Below are positions 29,201 to 39,145 of a stretch of 64,000 bases of DNA, piece by piece. The notes below the pieces were generated by a model. The model ran no database searches. It was not told where the DNA came from and was given only the letters and a program-made list of their open reading frames with translations. Within the stretch, counting starts at the first letter, position 1. Each line of letters begins with the position of its first letter. The stretch comes from Bdellovibrionota bacterium FG-1 (lineage in GTDB: Bacteria; Bdellovibrionota; UBA1018): NCBI GenBank assembly GCA_051382295.1, contig JBBCAW010000012.1:64001-128000 (forward strand), read 5' to 3'. Position numbers and translations under genes: made by a program.

Positions 29201-29960
29201 TCTGGAAGAAAAATACGGTCCAGGTTGTCTTGAGCTTCCGGTGACCTCTCCGATTCAGGAAGAAATGACCGATCCTGTCGTCACGCACGAAATGACGGCG
29301 GAGGAGGAACAAGTTTTGGGCGAGGAAGTCGAACGTCTTCGCGAACGCATTCGGCGTCTGGGCGAAGTGAACGTGGGAGCCATCGAAGAATTCGAAAATA
29401 CGAAAAAGCGCTTTGATCATCTTGAAAGTGAAAAGCTCGATTTGGAGCGTTCTCTGGAAAATCTTCAGGATGCCATTGAGCATATCAACAAGACTTCCGA
29501 AGAGCGTTTTGTGCGAGCCTTTGAGGCCATCAAAGATCGGTTTGAGCGTCTCTTCCCTATCGTTTTTGGGGGAGGCAAGGCCGAACTTACGTTGGTTTAT
29601 CCGGAAGGCTCCAAAGATGTGTTAGAGGCCGGTGTCGACATTTTGGCCCAACCGCCGGGCAAAAAGGTCGTCAATATGACGTTGCTCTCCGGGGGTGAAA
29701 AGGCCCTCACCGCAGTCGCCTTTATTTTCGCGATCTTCATGGTCAAACCTTCTCCGTTTTGTTTATTGGATGAGGTTGACGCCCCGTTGGATGATGCGAA
29801 TATTGGAAAGTTTAATGCACTTTTGCGCGAGATGTCGGCGAAGAGCCAGTTCATTGTGATCACGCATAATAAAAAAACCATGGAGCTCAATGACACTCTG
29901 TACGGGGTAACGATGGAAGAGCCTGGTGTTTCCAAAATGATTTCGATTGAACTTCAATGA
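26265..29960 (+). CDS. smc: Chromosome segregation protein SMC
   Basis: GFKSF, GPNGCGKSN, coiled coils plus hinge, LSGGE, LLDEVDAPLD, ITHNK. Confidence 0.97.
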   Translation: MRIKRLEIQGFKSFKDKTLIHFDHGITGIVGPNGCGKSNVVDAFFWVMGEQSYKHMRGSSSDDLIFNGSSKYNPLGMAEATLVLETDAADTESAPAGASAADIPVHLRSKEISVTRRLYRGGEGEYFINGVPARLKDIHDLFMDTGVGAKGYSVIEQGQIGKIVQAKPEERRLLIEEAAGIAKYKARKKESLRKMEATQGNLSRLTDVIQEIERSLGSLDRQAQKARQYKKYKEELLDKEMTWGRRKNTVLRQKLEMLAKQKEQLEQELVGLRAELQTAENTIETDRVDQVTDTKAAEELQAQINHCSSELAHERSALELSRQRQSDLHQQLSALDHEKSELKNSIEEERLKLENREIEASESNDLYQEASVQAQSADQKARQARNEADGLRRDLENRKRELMKGISQASDLTSRAASLASRIESAQAQAERLKAQVSEQHEKLAVTREETQRASENAESVKMKREELQVEKRAQADRVQGSDQNTRKLDRERDDSHRKLTQLKSKLQSLEELAAAYEGLGDGPKAALEWARDNGQADQLLALTDALDVTGEFETALGGLLEKRLENLIARDTNAALGAIQHVAHAKQGRIAIQVASGLEGRQAGAWDAVRDALTQSGFEVLGQLTDQVTINAKLDSKVQAIASGLIAHVAVVRSFEPMARFISGSAGGTAMEQLAGWSVVSQEGDALDYDGTLRGGSTESDGAATVLKRKRAITDLQAQVEQAELAHQSVENAAMTAKVELEEARTRLQTVQTELQQAEIQGAAFERDVHQMSRALREAENHAERLQSDLLQMEEQGQSARIERENIEDELAAIVSSRSDLEAQISAGDDEMALRDTEVRAQEVEAQALKMNEVTLRERAQSLKRELETGRTLIADRARRLAEIDRTLDRATREREQHTGGEGGIEEKIEELTIQLSTAREQLSEVKDRLEKSGAELNRTLERIKQFHKTGDHKTSESNQVGLEIERISGDLQHLVQNLEEKYGPGCLELPVTSPIQEEMTDPVVTHEMTAEEEQVLGEEVERLRERIRRLGEVNVGAIEEFENTKKRFDHLESEKLDLERSLENLQDAIEHINKTSEERFVRAFEAIKDRFERLFPIVFGGGKAELTLVYPEGSKDVLEAGVDILAQPPGKKVVNMTLLSGGEKALTAVAFIFAIFMVKPSPFCLLDEVDAPLDDANIGKFNALLREMSAKSQFIVITHNKKTMELNDTLYGVTMEEPGVSKMISIELQ

Positions 29961-30619
29961 AAAAAATTCAGCTGTATTCATTAGGTCTGCTATTGGCTTT
30001 GAGTGGGATGGCTCAAGGGCAAGTCGTAAAAGCTCAACCCAAGCACTTGCCTGCCTTGCTCGAAGAAGTGGAGGCTAAGTATACCAAGGCCGCCACGCTA
30101 CAGGCTGATTTTACGCAGGTCATCGAGGTAGCCGCTCTTAAGTCTAAAAAGACCACCACGGGTGTGATCATGGTTAAAAGGCCGGACAAGCTGAGATGGG
30201 AAACGCTGCACCCCGAAATGAATCTCCTCGTGAGTGATGGCCACAAATTTTGGTTTTATACGCCACCGTTTGATGAAGGCGAACACGGGCAGGTCATTGA
30301 GAAAAAGACCGATGAGATTAACTCCAAGCTGGCGAAAGCCTTACTTTCGGGGCGATTTTCGGTAGCTAGGGATATGAAGATTCGCCAAAAAAATTCTTCG
30401 CGGTTTATTCTTACTCCCCGGCGCGGCACCGCAGGGACCGTCGAGCATGCTGAAATTGAAGTCAGCCCTGGAAAAAAACTCATTCAAAAGGTGATTTTGG
30501 TTCATGAAGGTGGAAATCGCGCGGAAATTTCGCTCTCAAAAATCGAGCTTGGCAAATCGATTGGAGATGAAGCCTTTGTTTTTGTGGCCCCCCCTCATAC
30601 TGACAAGGTGACGCAATAA
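29957..30619 (+). CDS. lolA: Outer membrane lipoprotein carrier protein
   Basis: Signal peptide, ADF-Q, KRP-K-RWE, VSDG---WFY-P, F-F--P. Confidence 0.85.
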   Translation: MKKIQLYSLGLLLALSGMAQGQVVKAQPKHLPALLEEVEAKYTKAATLQADFTQVIEVAALKSKKTTTGVIMVKRPDKLRWETLHPEMNLLVSDGHKFWFYTPPFDEGEHGQVIEKKTDEINSKLAKALLSGRFSVARDMKIRQKNSSRFILTPRRGTAGTVEHAEIEVSPGKKLIQKVILVHEGGNRAEISLSKIELGKSIGDEAFVFVAPPHTDKVTQ

Positions 30620-30656
30620 AAAAAAGCCCCCGAGTGTCGATCAAACCCTCGGGGGC
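30618..30656 (-). terminator. Intrinsic terminator (U-tract on minus strand; hairpin also follows lolA)
   Basis: gcccccgag-N13-ctcgggggc stem followed by a U8 tract on the minus strand. Confidence 0.85.
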
Positions 30657-31015
30657 GATACTACGCCGGTCGTGATAAAACCACCGGCTCTATTTGGGAC
30701 GACACGTTAAAGTGCCGTTATATTTTGCCCGGTCGGAGATTTCGGGGCACTTTATGAACCCCTGCGGGCACGCCTCACGGCGACCTGACATCTCGTAATA
30801 AACCCGGGACAGAGTAGATTTTAATTTTTTTACTGCTTTTTTCCGACGCAGTCTTAAGTGGCCACTTAAGATTCGGCGGCTCATGAGCTCCGCAGACGCC
30901 TGAGGGCGGTTTGGCTCACGCTTTCACTGGCGTGGTGGACCGATATCATGAAACTCAATCAAAGAGATGTAAACGTACGACTTTCTTAGCATTCCTAGTT
31001 GCCCTCCGTTTCATA
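30618..31015 (-). ncRNA. Putative ~400-nt structured ncRNA, family not recognised
   Basis: Upstream sigma70-like promoter, at least six stems including a GNRA-capped hairpin, a strong terminator and no convincing long ORF. Confidence 0.5.
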
Positions 31016-31021
31016 ATTAAT

Positions 31022-31050
31022 AGACTATATTGGTATGGTATTAATTGCAA
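31022..31050 (-). promoter_or_regulatory. Sigma70-like promoter
   Basis: TTGCAA-N17-TAGTCT on the minus strand, in AT-rich context. Confidence 0.55.
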
Positions 31051-31137
31051 TAGACAAAGTTTATGCAATTTAACTTTTTTTAAAGTCGACTAACAACAGA
31101 GAGTTAAAAGGGTAAGTGTCGAATATTTAAGCTTTCT

Positions 31138-33921
31138 TCACCGTTTCTTGGCTTTTTTTTCGACCTTTTTAGGGGCGGGTTTTGCCTTTTTTTGTGCGGC
31201 TCGTGGGTTCCGAAGCGCTGCCTGGGCGGCTGCCAAAAGGGCGATGGGCACTCGATAGGGCGAACAACTCACGTAATCCAGTCCGGCGCGGTGGCAAAAC
31301 TCCACAGATTGGGGATCGCCACCGTGTTCACCACAAATTCCTACCTTCAGATCAGGACGGGTTGCCCGACCCTCTTTGATGGAAAACGCCATCAGTCGGC
31401 CTACGCCTATTTGGTCGAGCGAGGCAAAAGGGTCGCGATCATAAATTTTTGCGTCGATATAATCCTTTAAAAAGATGCCCGAATCATCCCGCGATAAACC
31501 GTACGTGGTTTGTGTGAGGTCATTGGTGCCGAAGCTGAAAAAGTCGGCGTATTTTGCGATTTCAGCGGAGGTCAGGGCCGCTCGCGGGAGTTCAATCATT
31601 GTGCCGATTTTATAATCGACGTTTCCTTTGAGACCACTGGCCTTGTAGTATTTGACGATCGTGTCCGCTTCGTCGCGACAGTAGTCTCCGACAAACTTCA
31701 GTTCACGCCAATCGCCAATCAGAGGGATCATGATCTCAGGCACGATCTTAAACCCCTCTTCCTTCATGAGCTCACAGGCCGCATCCATGATGGCATGGAT
31801 CTGGGTGCGATAGATTTCGGGATAACTGACGCCCAGCCGGCAGCCACGATGACCGAGCATGGGATTGAACTCATGCAAGCTTTCAGCTTTTCGTTTAATT
31901 CGATCAAAGGATACTCCGATTTTAGCTGCGAGTTCCTGAAGGTCAGAATCTTTTTGTGGAATGAACTCATGAAGGGGCGGATCCAAAAGTCGAATCGTTA
32001 CGGGAAGTCCCTTCATTTCACGGAAAATTTCCTTAAAATCCGCTTTTTGCATCGGAAGGATCTTGTCGAGCGCTTTGCGCCGTCCGGCTTCGTTATCAGC
32101 CAGAATCATCTCCCGAACCGCATCGATTCGCTGAGTATCAAAGAACATATGTTCTGTGCGACAGAGGCCAATTCCTTCAGCGCCAAACTCACGGGCAACT
32201 TTAGCGTCATTCGGAGTGTCTGCGTTGGTGCGGACGCCGATCTGACGAAATTGGTTGACCCACGTCATAAGTTCCTGAAAATCTTTGTTGACGGTGGGGA
32301 CAATCGTATCGACTTGGCCCTTGATCACTTCGCCCGTGGAGCCGTCCAAGGTAATAAAGTCACCTTCTTTTAAGGTGAGTTTACCGACCTGAAGTTCTTT
32401 GCGGTCGTAGCTGATCTTGAGGGTTGAACAGCCCGAAACACAGCATTTGCCCATTCCTCGCGCAACTACAGCCGCGTGCGAAGTCATGCCGCCTCGAGCG
32501 GTCAAGATCCCTTCCGCCGCGGACATCCCGTGAATGTCTTCAGGGGATGTCTCAAGCCGCACCAAAATGACTTTTTTTCCGCGGTTTTGGAACCATTCTT
32601 CGGCGGTATCGGGATCAAAAACAATTTGGCCCGTAGCCGCGCCAGGCGAAGCCGGAAGGCCCTTGGCAATGACATCCTTGTAAGCGTTGGGATCGAGTGT
32701 GGGGTGAAGTAACTGATCGAGCTGTTCTGGTTGAACGCGCATGGTTGCTTCTTGTTTGGTGATGAGCCTTTCGCGAACCATGTCCGCTGCGATCTTAAGC
32801 GAAGCCGCCGCCGTACGCTTGGCATTTCGAGTTTGGAGCATGTAGAGTTTGCCGCGTTCGATCGTAAACTCGATGTCTTGCATGTCGCGATAGTGTTTCT
32901 CGAGTTTTTGATAGACCTTGACGAGTTGACCATAGGCCTTGGGCATGACGTGCTCAAGCGTGGGGAGCTTGTCGGCGTTCGCCTGCCGTGATTCTTCGTT
33001 GATCGGTTGCGGAGTGCGAATACCAGCCACGACGTCTTCGCCTTGGGCATTGATCAAAAATTCCCCAAAGAATTTTTTGTCGCCGGTCGATGGATCGCGA
33101 GTGAACGCGACTCCGGTGGCGCAATCATCCCCCATATTGCCGAAAACCATGGATTGGATATTGACGGCCGTGCCCCAGTTCTCCGGGATTTCGTTCAGTT
33201 TGCGATAGGTGATGGCGCGCGGGCTCATCCACGAACCAAATACCGCGCCCACGGCACCCCAGAGCTGCTCTAACGGATCTTCTGGAAACTTCTTACCGGC
33301 GAGTCGCACGAAATGCTTAAATCGGGCGACCAGCTCCTTGAGATCTTCAGCGCTCAGTTCCGTATCGAGTTCCACATTACGCTCATGTTTGAGCTCTTCG
33401 AGCGCGGATTCGAATTGGTTAGAATGGATATCGAGCACCACATCGGAGTACATGGTGATAAAGCGACGATAGCTGTCGTAGGCAAAGCGGGGGTCTTTGG
33501 ATTCGACAATCAGGCCTTCAATGGTTTCGTCGTTGAGACCCAGATTGAGGATCGTGTCCATCATGCCAGGCATTGAAGCACGCGCTCCGGAACGCACCGA
33601 AACCAGGAGCGGATTTGTTTTCGATCCAAATTTACGCCCCATGATCTTTTCAACTTTGACCAAGGCGGTCCGAACTTGTGCGTCGAGGGCCTTAGGGTAA
33701 GTCCTATTATTGGCGTAAAAATGAGAGCAGATGTCGGTCGTTAAGGTAAACCCCGGAGGAACCGGCAGCTTTAACTGAGTCATGGCATGCAAATTCGCGC
33801 CTTTGCCACCCAAGAGATTTTTCATTCCTTCGTGACCGTCGGCCTTGCCGGCGCCAAAGGAATAAACTAAGCGAGTGGGCAATGCTTTCGCCGATTTTTT
33901 GGCTGGTTTACGCATTGCCAT
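31138..33921 (-). CDS. ppdK: Pyruvate, phosphate dikinase
   Basis: [51 protein letters not shown]. Start set at MAMRK to limit overlap with glyQS. Confidence 0.97.
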   Translation of the reverse strand: MAMRKPAKKSAKALPTRLVYSFGAGKADGHEGMKNLLGGKGANLHAMTQLKLPVPPGFTLTTDICSHFYANNRTYPKALDAQVRTALVKVEKIMGRKFGSKTNPLLVSVRSGARASMPGMMDTILNLGLNDETIEGLIVESKDPRFAYDSYRRFITMYSDVVLDIHSNQFESALEELKHERNVELDTELSAEDLKELVARFKHFVRLAGKKFPEDPLEQLWGAVGAVFGSWMSPRAITYRKLNEIPENWGTAVNIQSMVFGNMGDDCATGVAFTRDPSTGDKKFFGEFLINAQGEDVVAGIRTPQPINEESRQANADKLPTLEHVMPKAYGQLVKVYQKLEKHYRDMQDIEFTIERGKLYMLQTRNAKRTAAASLKIAADMVRERLITKQEATMRVQPEQLDQLLHPTLDPNAYKDVIAKGLPASPGAATGQIVFDPDTAEEWFQNRGKKVILVRLETSPEDIHGMSAAEGILTARGGMTSHAAVVARGMGKCCVSGCSTLKISYDRKELQVGKLTLKEGDFITLDGSTGEVIKGQVDTIVPTVNKDFQELMTWVNQFRQIGVRTNADTPNDAKVAREFGAEGIGLCRTEHMFFDTQRIDAVREMILADNEAGRRKALDKILPMQKADFKEIFREMKGLPVTIRLLDPPLHEFIPQKDSDLQELAAKIGVSFDRIKRKAESLHEFNPMLGHRGCRLGVSYPEIYRTQIHAIMDAACELMKEEGFKIVPEIMIPLIGDWRELKFVGDYCRDEADTIVKYYKASGLKGNVDYKIGTMIELPRAALTSAEIAKYADFFSFGTNDLTQTTYGLSRDDSGIFLKDYIDAKIYDRDPFASLDQIGVGRLMAFSIKEGRATRPDLKVGICGEHGGDPQSVEFCHRAGLDYVSCSPYRVPIALLAAAQAALRNPRAAQKKAKPAPKKVEKKAKKR

Positions 33922-35266
33922 TGGGCCAGTTTTCGATTTTGTCTTCGAGGTAGGAGCTGAGGCTTTCAGCACTGACCCTTTCTTGGGCCATGCTGTCGCG
34001 GTGGCGGACCGTGACCGTGTGGTTGGAGAGTGTGTCATAATCGATCGTGACTCCAAAGGGTGTACCGATTTCGTCTTGCCGGCGATACCTCTTGCCGATC
34101 GATCCTGCGTCATCGGTGGTGACGCGGAATCGTTTTTTGAGTTGCGTGAGAATTTTATCCGAATACTCCATGAGTTCGGGCTTTTTCATGAGGGGATATA
34201 TTGCGGCTTTGTAAGGCGCGAGTTTGGGATGAAACTGCAGCCAAGCGCGTTCTCCATCAAAACGATAGGCATCAACCAGTGAAACCAAAACAAAACGATC
34301 GCAGCCTACCGAAGTTTCAACAATAAAAGGCAGGAAGCGTTCTTTGGATTGTTCGTCGAAATATTCCAGCTTTTTGCCGCTAAATTTTTGATGTTGGGTC
34401 AAGTCGAAGTCCGAACGGTTATGAATCCCCTCAAGTTCTTGCCACCCAAATGGAAATTCATACTCAATATCGAAGGCCGCCTTGGCATAATGGGCGAGCT
34501 CCCCCGGGCCATGTTCGTGAAAGCGCAGCTTGTTTTTACGAATGCCCAAGTCGAAATGCCATTGAATGCGGGCTTGTTTCCATTTTTCAAACCACTCCAT
34601 GTCGGTGCTGGGTTTGACAAAAAACTGCATCTCCATCTGCTCGAATTCCCGGGTGCGGAAAATAAAGTTTCCAGGCGTAATTTCGTTACGGAAGGCTTTG
34701 CCAATCTGGGCGATGCCAAAGGGAAGTTTTTGCCGCGCAGACTGCTGGACATTCAAAAAATTAACGTAAATACCTTGCGCGGTTTCTGGACGAAGAAAAA
34801 CCACTGAGGCCGCATCTTCCAGCGGACCCATGAAGGTTTTAAACATCAAATTGAAATTGCGGGGTTCTGTCAGTTCGCAATCCGACGTTTCCCCGGGATG
34901 TTTACTGGGTTTTTGGCCACAAGCGGCCATATCCAGTTTGTCAGCGCGAAAGCGGCCTTTACATTTTTTGCAATCGACCATCGGATCTGAAAAGCCAGCA
35001 ATGTGACCCGAGGCTTCCCACACTTTGGGGTGCATGAGAATCGCGGCATCCAGGCCTTCGATGTCTTCACGATCGGTCATCCACCGCCACCAAGCCTCTT
35101 TGACATTGCGCTTCAGTTCGATGCCCAGCGGGCCGTAATCCCAGCAGGCATTGATACCGCCGTATATTTCACTCGAAGGAAATACGAATCCGCGTCGTTT
35201 ACAAAGGGAGACGAGTTCGGCCATGTCTTTGAGGTCTTGAGCCGGTGGGGTGATAGTTTCACTCAT
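33908..35266 (-). CDS. glyQS: Glycine--tRNA ligase (alpha2 type)
   Basis: [57 protein letters not shown]. Confidence 0.96.
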   Translation of the reverse strand: MSETITPPAQDLKDMAELVSLCKRRGFVFPSSEIYGGINACWDYGPLGIELKRNVKEAWWRWMTDREDIEGLDAAILMHPKVWEASGHIAGFSDPMVDCKKCKGRFRADKLDMAACGQKPSKHPGETSDCELTEPRNFNLMFKTFMGPLEDAASVVFLRPETAQGIYVNFLNVQQSARQKLPFGIAQIGKAFRNEITPGNFIFRTREFEQMEMQFFVKPSTDMEWFEKWKQARIQWHFDLGIRKNKLRFHEHGPGELAHYAKAAFDIEYEFPFGWQELEGIHNRSDFDLTQHQKFSGKKLEYFDEQSKERFLPFIVETSVGCDRFVLVSLVDAYRFDGERAWLQFHPKLAPYKAAIYPLMKKPELMEYSDKILTQLKKRFRVTTDDAGSIGKRYRRQDEIGTPFGVTIDYDTLSNHTVTVRHRDSMAQERVSAESLSSYLEDKIENWPNGNA

Positions 35267-35312
35267 GATCTCTTCGGGATAGCAGAGCCCCAACGGACAG
35301 GCAATGATCAAG

Positions 35313-35762
35313 TTAGGTGGCCACTCCGAGGTAGCAAACTCCAGGGTTGAGCCGAAAAGGAACCCAAATAACGCGCCCAGGAATAGGAAAGCCCTTGGGT
35401 AAAAGGGGCGATGCGTCCCGCTGAATTTCGACCGGATTTCCGAGGCGTGGTTTGATTCCCCGATAAAAAAACTCTTGGCCTGCGCGGCGAATGAGTGAAT
35501 CCCAAAGCTGTTGAGGGGCGATGCCCAATTTCTGACGGCAATCTGTGTCTACGCCCAAAAGTGCAAACCCCAGAGATTCGCTTTGTCCTGTTGCAAAGGA
35601 GATCGAACAAAGCAGAGCGTCGGGGAGGCCAGAAGCTGGAAATGCCAGCTCTCGTTGGCGGATGGGCATGCCGAGTTCGGGTTTTGGCTCGGGGTGACGT
35701 TGGATGAGCTCATCGATCAGAGCGGAGTGAAGGGATTCAAGAAGCGCGGTCCATGGACTCAT
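35313..35762 (-). CDS. Hypothetical protein
   Basis: 149-aa ORF with gagga upstream, in operon context. Confidence 0.55.
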   Translation of the reverse strand: MSPWTALLESLHSALIDELIQRHPEPKPELGMPIRQRELAFPASGLPDALLCSISFATGQSESLGFALLGVDTDCRQKLGIAPQQLWDSLIRRAGQEFFYRGIKPRLGNPVEIQRDASPLLPKGFPIPGRVIWVPFRLNPGVCYLGVAT

Positions 35763-35778
35763 TTTGAATCCTCACAGG

Positions 35779-37518
35779 TCAGTGTTGGTGAAGTTGATGA
35801 AAATGGGCATATTCGCCGCCTCGATCGAGGAGTTCCTGGTGAGTTCCTCTTTCCACGATTTCGCCGTCTTTGAGGACTAATATTGCATCTGCATGTCGAA
35901 TGGTCGATAGCCTGTGGGCAATGATGATCGAGGTTCGGTTGACCATCAGCTCGTCCAATGCTTCCTGAACCGCTCGTTCGCTTTTGGTGTCTAGGCTGGA
36001 TGTGGCCTCGTCGAGAATGAGGATCGGCGCTTCGCGTAAAAAGGCGCGCGCAATTGAGATTCGTTGACGCTCACCACCCGAGAGTTTTTGGCCACGATCC
36101 CCAATAATACTTTGGAACCCCTCTGGAAGGGTTTCAATAAAGTCGAGGGCATGAGCCCGGCGGGCCGCCTCTCGAATTTCTGTTTTGGTCGCCCCAAGAC
36201 GTCCGCAGCGAATATTTTCTTCGATGGTGTCGTTGAACAAAAAAACATCTTGGCTGACCACCGCGACCTGCTTGCGGAGGCTTTCGAGAGTGTATTCGCG
36301 AATATTGTGACCATCAATGAGGATTTGGCCTCCGGTGACATCAAAAATTCGTGGCAATAAGCTGACGAGTGAGCTTTTTCCAGCGCCGCTCTGTCCCGCA
36401 ATTGCGATGGCGTGTCCGCGTTTGACGGTAAAATTAACCTTCTTCAGAATCTCGCGGGCCGGTGCATCAGGATAAGCAAAGCTGACATTTTCAAATTGGA
36501 GATCTTGCTCAAATGTTCGTAAAACTCGGGGTTGAACAGTTTCTTTTAGGTGGGGTTCCCAGTCAAACAATTCAAAGATACGTTGGCATGCGCCTGCGGC
36601 TTGGCTGAGCTTGATGTTCACTTCGTTCATATTGCGAAGCGGAGTGGTCATCAGTGCGAAAGTTCCAAAAAAAGCCAAAAGATCGCCCGGACTCATCCAC
36701 CCCTTGATAATCTGGCGACCGCCAAAATAGACCATAATGGCCATTAAAAAGGCGAACAGTAACTCCACCAGGGGGTGGGCGACCTCTTCAAGAGCGGCAA
36801 TTTTGAGGTAAATTTTCGTGAAATTTTCGCTTTTTTCCCGAAATTTTTTGCGCGAATATTTTTCGAGTTTAAAGGCTTTGAGGGTGCGAATGCCGACAAA
36901 ACTTTCTTGGAGAGTGGAATAGAGCCGCGCGTTTTCGGCGGTGAGTTTTCCGATATAACGCTTGAGGTTTCGGCCGGTGACCGCAAAAACCCAGGCGAGA
37001 GGTGGAAACACTAATAAAGTGACTAAAGTTAAACGCCAATTGAGTTTGAGTGAATAGGCAAAGAGAACGATAAACGTAATCGGCTCTCGGACGATAATAT
37101 TGATGCAGGAAAGACCGCCATCAATGAATTGAGGATCGACCCCCACCCGGGAGATGAGGGTGCCGGTGCTTTGCTGAGTGAAATAGTCAGCAGAAAGTCC
37201 CAAGACGTGTTCAAAAAGTTCGTTTTTGAGTTTTTGATTCACGCGTCCAATGACTATGCGCAGTAAATAATAATGAAAAAACCGAACCACAAAATTGGCG
37301 AGGTAAAGTCCAATGATGAGCCAGGGCAAATAGGCGAGGATTGAGGTGTCCCGGCGCACCAGGAGATCGTCACCCACAATCTTGAGGAGATAGGCCGGCG
37401 TGGCGCGAAGGGCTGAAAGCGGGATCGCGAGTAAGGTGCTTGCTAAAATCAGCGGCCAATAGGGCTCGAGATACGGCCTAAGACGGAGAAGGGATTTCAT
37501 GGTTCGTCTATCAGTCAC
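35779..37518 (-). CDS. ABC exporter, MsbA-like (TMD + NBD)
   Basis: Six-TM domain, GQSGAGKS, LSGGERQR, ILDEATS, IAHRLST. Confidence 0.9.
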   Translation of the reverse strand: MTDRRTMKSLLRLRPYLEPYWPLILASTLLAIPLSALRATPAYLLKIVGDDLLVRRDTSILAYLPWLIIGLYLANFVVRFFHYYLLRIVIGRVNQKLKNELFEHVLGLSADYFTQQSTGTLISRVGVDPQFIDGGLSCINIIVREPITFIVLFAYSLKLNWRLTLVTLLVFPPLAWVFAVTGRNLKRYIGKLTAENARLYSTLQESFVGIRTLKAFKLEKYSRKKFREKSENFTKIYLKIAALEEVAHPLVELLFAFLMAIMVYFGGRQIIKGWMSPGDLLAFFGTFALMTTPLRNMNEVNIKLSQAAGACQRIFELFDWEPHLKETVQPRVLRTFEQDLQFENVSFAYPDAPAREILKKVNFTVKRGHAIAIAGQSGAGKSSLVSLLPRIFDVTGGQILIDGHNIREYTLESLRKQVAVVSQDVFLFNDTIEENIRCGRLGATKTEIREAARRAHALDFIETLPEGFQSIIGDRGQKLSGGERQRISIARAFLREAPILILDEATSSLDTKSERAVQEALDELMVNRTSIIIAHRLSTIRHADAILVLKDGEIVERGTHQELLDRGGEYAHFHQLHQH

Positions 37519-37579
37519 ATATTTTGGTCAAATTCGCCAGCGTCTAGACACACGGCTTCTTCAGACATATGGTCTTAAA

Positions 37580-39145
37580 ATGGCAAAAGTCTTGGTCATC
37601 GGTGGCGCAGGTTATGTCGGAGGGACGGTGTGCGCCTGGCTTTTAGATCAGGGGCACTCTGTTTGGGTCTTAGATGACTATTCGACAGGCCATCGCGAAT
37701 GGACGGCTCGTCTGCCCGGAGTCCAGGCGTTTATTGATGCGCGGGTAGGGGATCGTCAGGTCGTGCAGGCCCTGCTTGAGCGCGAGCGTTTTGATTGTGT
37801 GATGCATTTTGCGGGCAAAGCGATTGTCGCGGAAAGTGTCGTAAGTCCTCGAGTTTATTATGAAAATAATGTAAATCAAACCAAAGAGTTGATGGAGGCG
37901 ATGCTTTCGGCGGGAGTTCGTCGTCTCATTTTTTCGTCCTCATGTGCGGTTTTTGGTGATCCCGGTCCTACGGTTGAACGGATGGGCGAGGGGCTGCCCA
38001 AAAATCCAATGAACCCTTACGGAGCCACCAAGCTTGAAGTCGAGCGCATGCTCGAGGAGTATGCACGCGACCGAGGGTTACAGGCGATTGCGCTGAGGTA
38101 TTTCAATGCGGCAGGCGCTGATTTCAAGGGTCGCGTCGGTGAATGGCATGACCCTGAAACGCACTTGATTCCGCTGATGCTTAAGGCAGCGCTTGCGGAA
38201 AAAGAGATCGAAGTTTTTGGAACCGATTATCCCACTCCGGACGGAACTGCGATTCGTGATTACGTCCATGTTTGGGATCTTGCGGAGGCACATGGTGCAG
38301 CGATGAAGCGGCTGCTTTCGTTAGGTGAGGCGGGGTGCTTTGAGGTTTATCATCTGGGCAGCGAGCGAGGCTATTCGGTTTTGGAGATGGTTCGCGCTTG
38401 TGAGCAGGCGATTGGCAAAAAAATACGATTTAAGGCATGCTCGAGACGCTCGGGTGATCCCGCTCGCCTGGTGGCCGATGCCTCGCGTGCGCGGGAGGTT
38501 TTGGGCTTTAGACCGATGGACGGCGCACTTGAAAGAATATTTTCGTCGGCTTGGAACTGGGAAGGGCTTCGGGCGCAGGTTTCACGTAAGTCTTTTCGAG
38601 CGGTGTTTTTGGATCGGGATGGAACGATCAACATGGATCCCGGCTATATTTCGGACCCTTCGCAAATGAAGTTGATTCCGGGGGTCGGTAAGGCCATGGC
38701 CCAGCTGATGAAGGCTGGTTTTAAGCTGGTGGTGGTTTCGAATCAGTCGGGCATTGCCCGAGGCGTGATCAAACCGGAAATTTTGCCAAAAATTCATGCT
38801 CGCATGGAGGAGTTGCTTGCTCCTGCGGGCGCACGAATCGATCATTATGAACTCTGCCTGCATCGGCCTGAGGATGATTGCGAATGTCGCAAGCCCAAAC
38901 CTAAACTCATTCAAGACGGGGCGCGGGCGCTGGGAATTGATTTAGCTCAATCTTACATGGTCGGCGATAAATTATCGGATATCTTGAGTGGGATTCAAGC
39001 GGGCTGCAAGGCGAGTCTATTGGTGCGCACCGGCCATGGCATGGATACGGAAAAACAGCTGACTCCCGGGCAAGTCGCTTTTATCGGAAATTCTCTGCGT
39101 GAGGTAGTACGCTGGATTTTAGGTCAAGAAACCGGAGGCCTTTGA
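37580..39145 (+). CDS. galE: Fusion: UDP-glucose 4-epimerase (GalE) + D,D-heptose 1,7-bisphosphate phosphatase (GmhB-like HAD)
   Basis: GGAGYVG, YGATK, LRYFNAAG, DGTAIRDYVHV; then FLDRDGT, VSNQSG, C-H---D-CECRKP, MVGD, all in one frame. Confidence 0.9.
   Translation: MAKVLVIGGAGYVGGTVCAWLLDQGHSVWVLDDYSTGHREWTARLPGVQAFIDARVGDRQVVQALLERERFDCVMHFAGKAIVAESVVSPRVYYENNVNQTKELMEAMLSAGVRRLIFSSSCAVFGDPGPTVERMGEGLPKNPMNPYGATKLEVERMLEEYARDRGLQAIALRYFNAAGADFKGRVGEWHDPETHLIPLMLKAALAEKEIEVFGTDYPTPDGTAIRDYVHVWDLAEAHGAAMKRLLSLGEAGCFEVYHLGSERGYSVLEMVRACEQAIGKKIRFKACSRRSGDPARLVADASRAREVLGFRPMDGALERIFSSAWNWEGLRAQVSRKSFRAVFLDRDGTINMDPGYISDPSQMKLIPGVGKAMAQLMKAGFKLVVVSNQSGIARGVIKPEILPKIHARMEELLAPAGARIDHYELCLHRPEDDCECRKPKPKLIQDGARALGIDLAQSYMVGDKLSDILSGIQAGCKASLLVRTGHGMDTEKQLTPGQVAFIGNSLREVVRWILGQETGGL

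Noticed and set aside
30690..30884. 64-aa minus-strand ORF (and 30911-31093 plus-strand ORF)
   Set aside because: No SD or recognisable motif; they cross the hairpins, palindrome and promoter, so they are likely incidental.
30618..31015. tmRNA, RNase P, SRP, tRNA, or c-di-GMP/cobalamin riboswitch
   Set aside because: Diagnostic conserved motifs were not found by eye; a covariance-model search is still needed.
31510..32373. Long antisense ORFs (also 9031-9582, 13976-14569, 19818-20399, 61182-61829)
   Set aside because: Shadow frames opposite longer or well-supported genes.
33922..34113. Long N-terminal extension of PpdK from the ORF track
   Set aside because: It overlaps the conserved glyQS C-terminus; the start near 33921 is more plausible.
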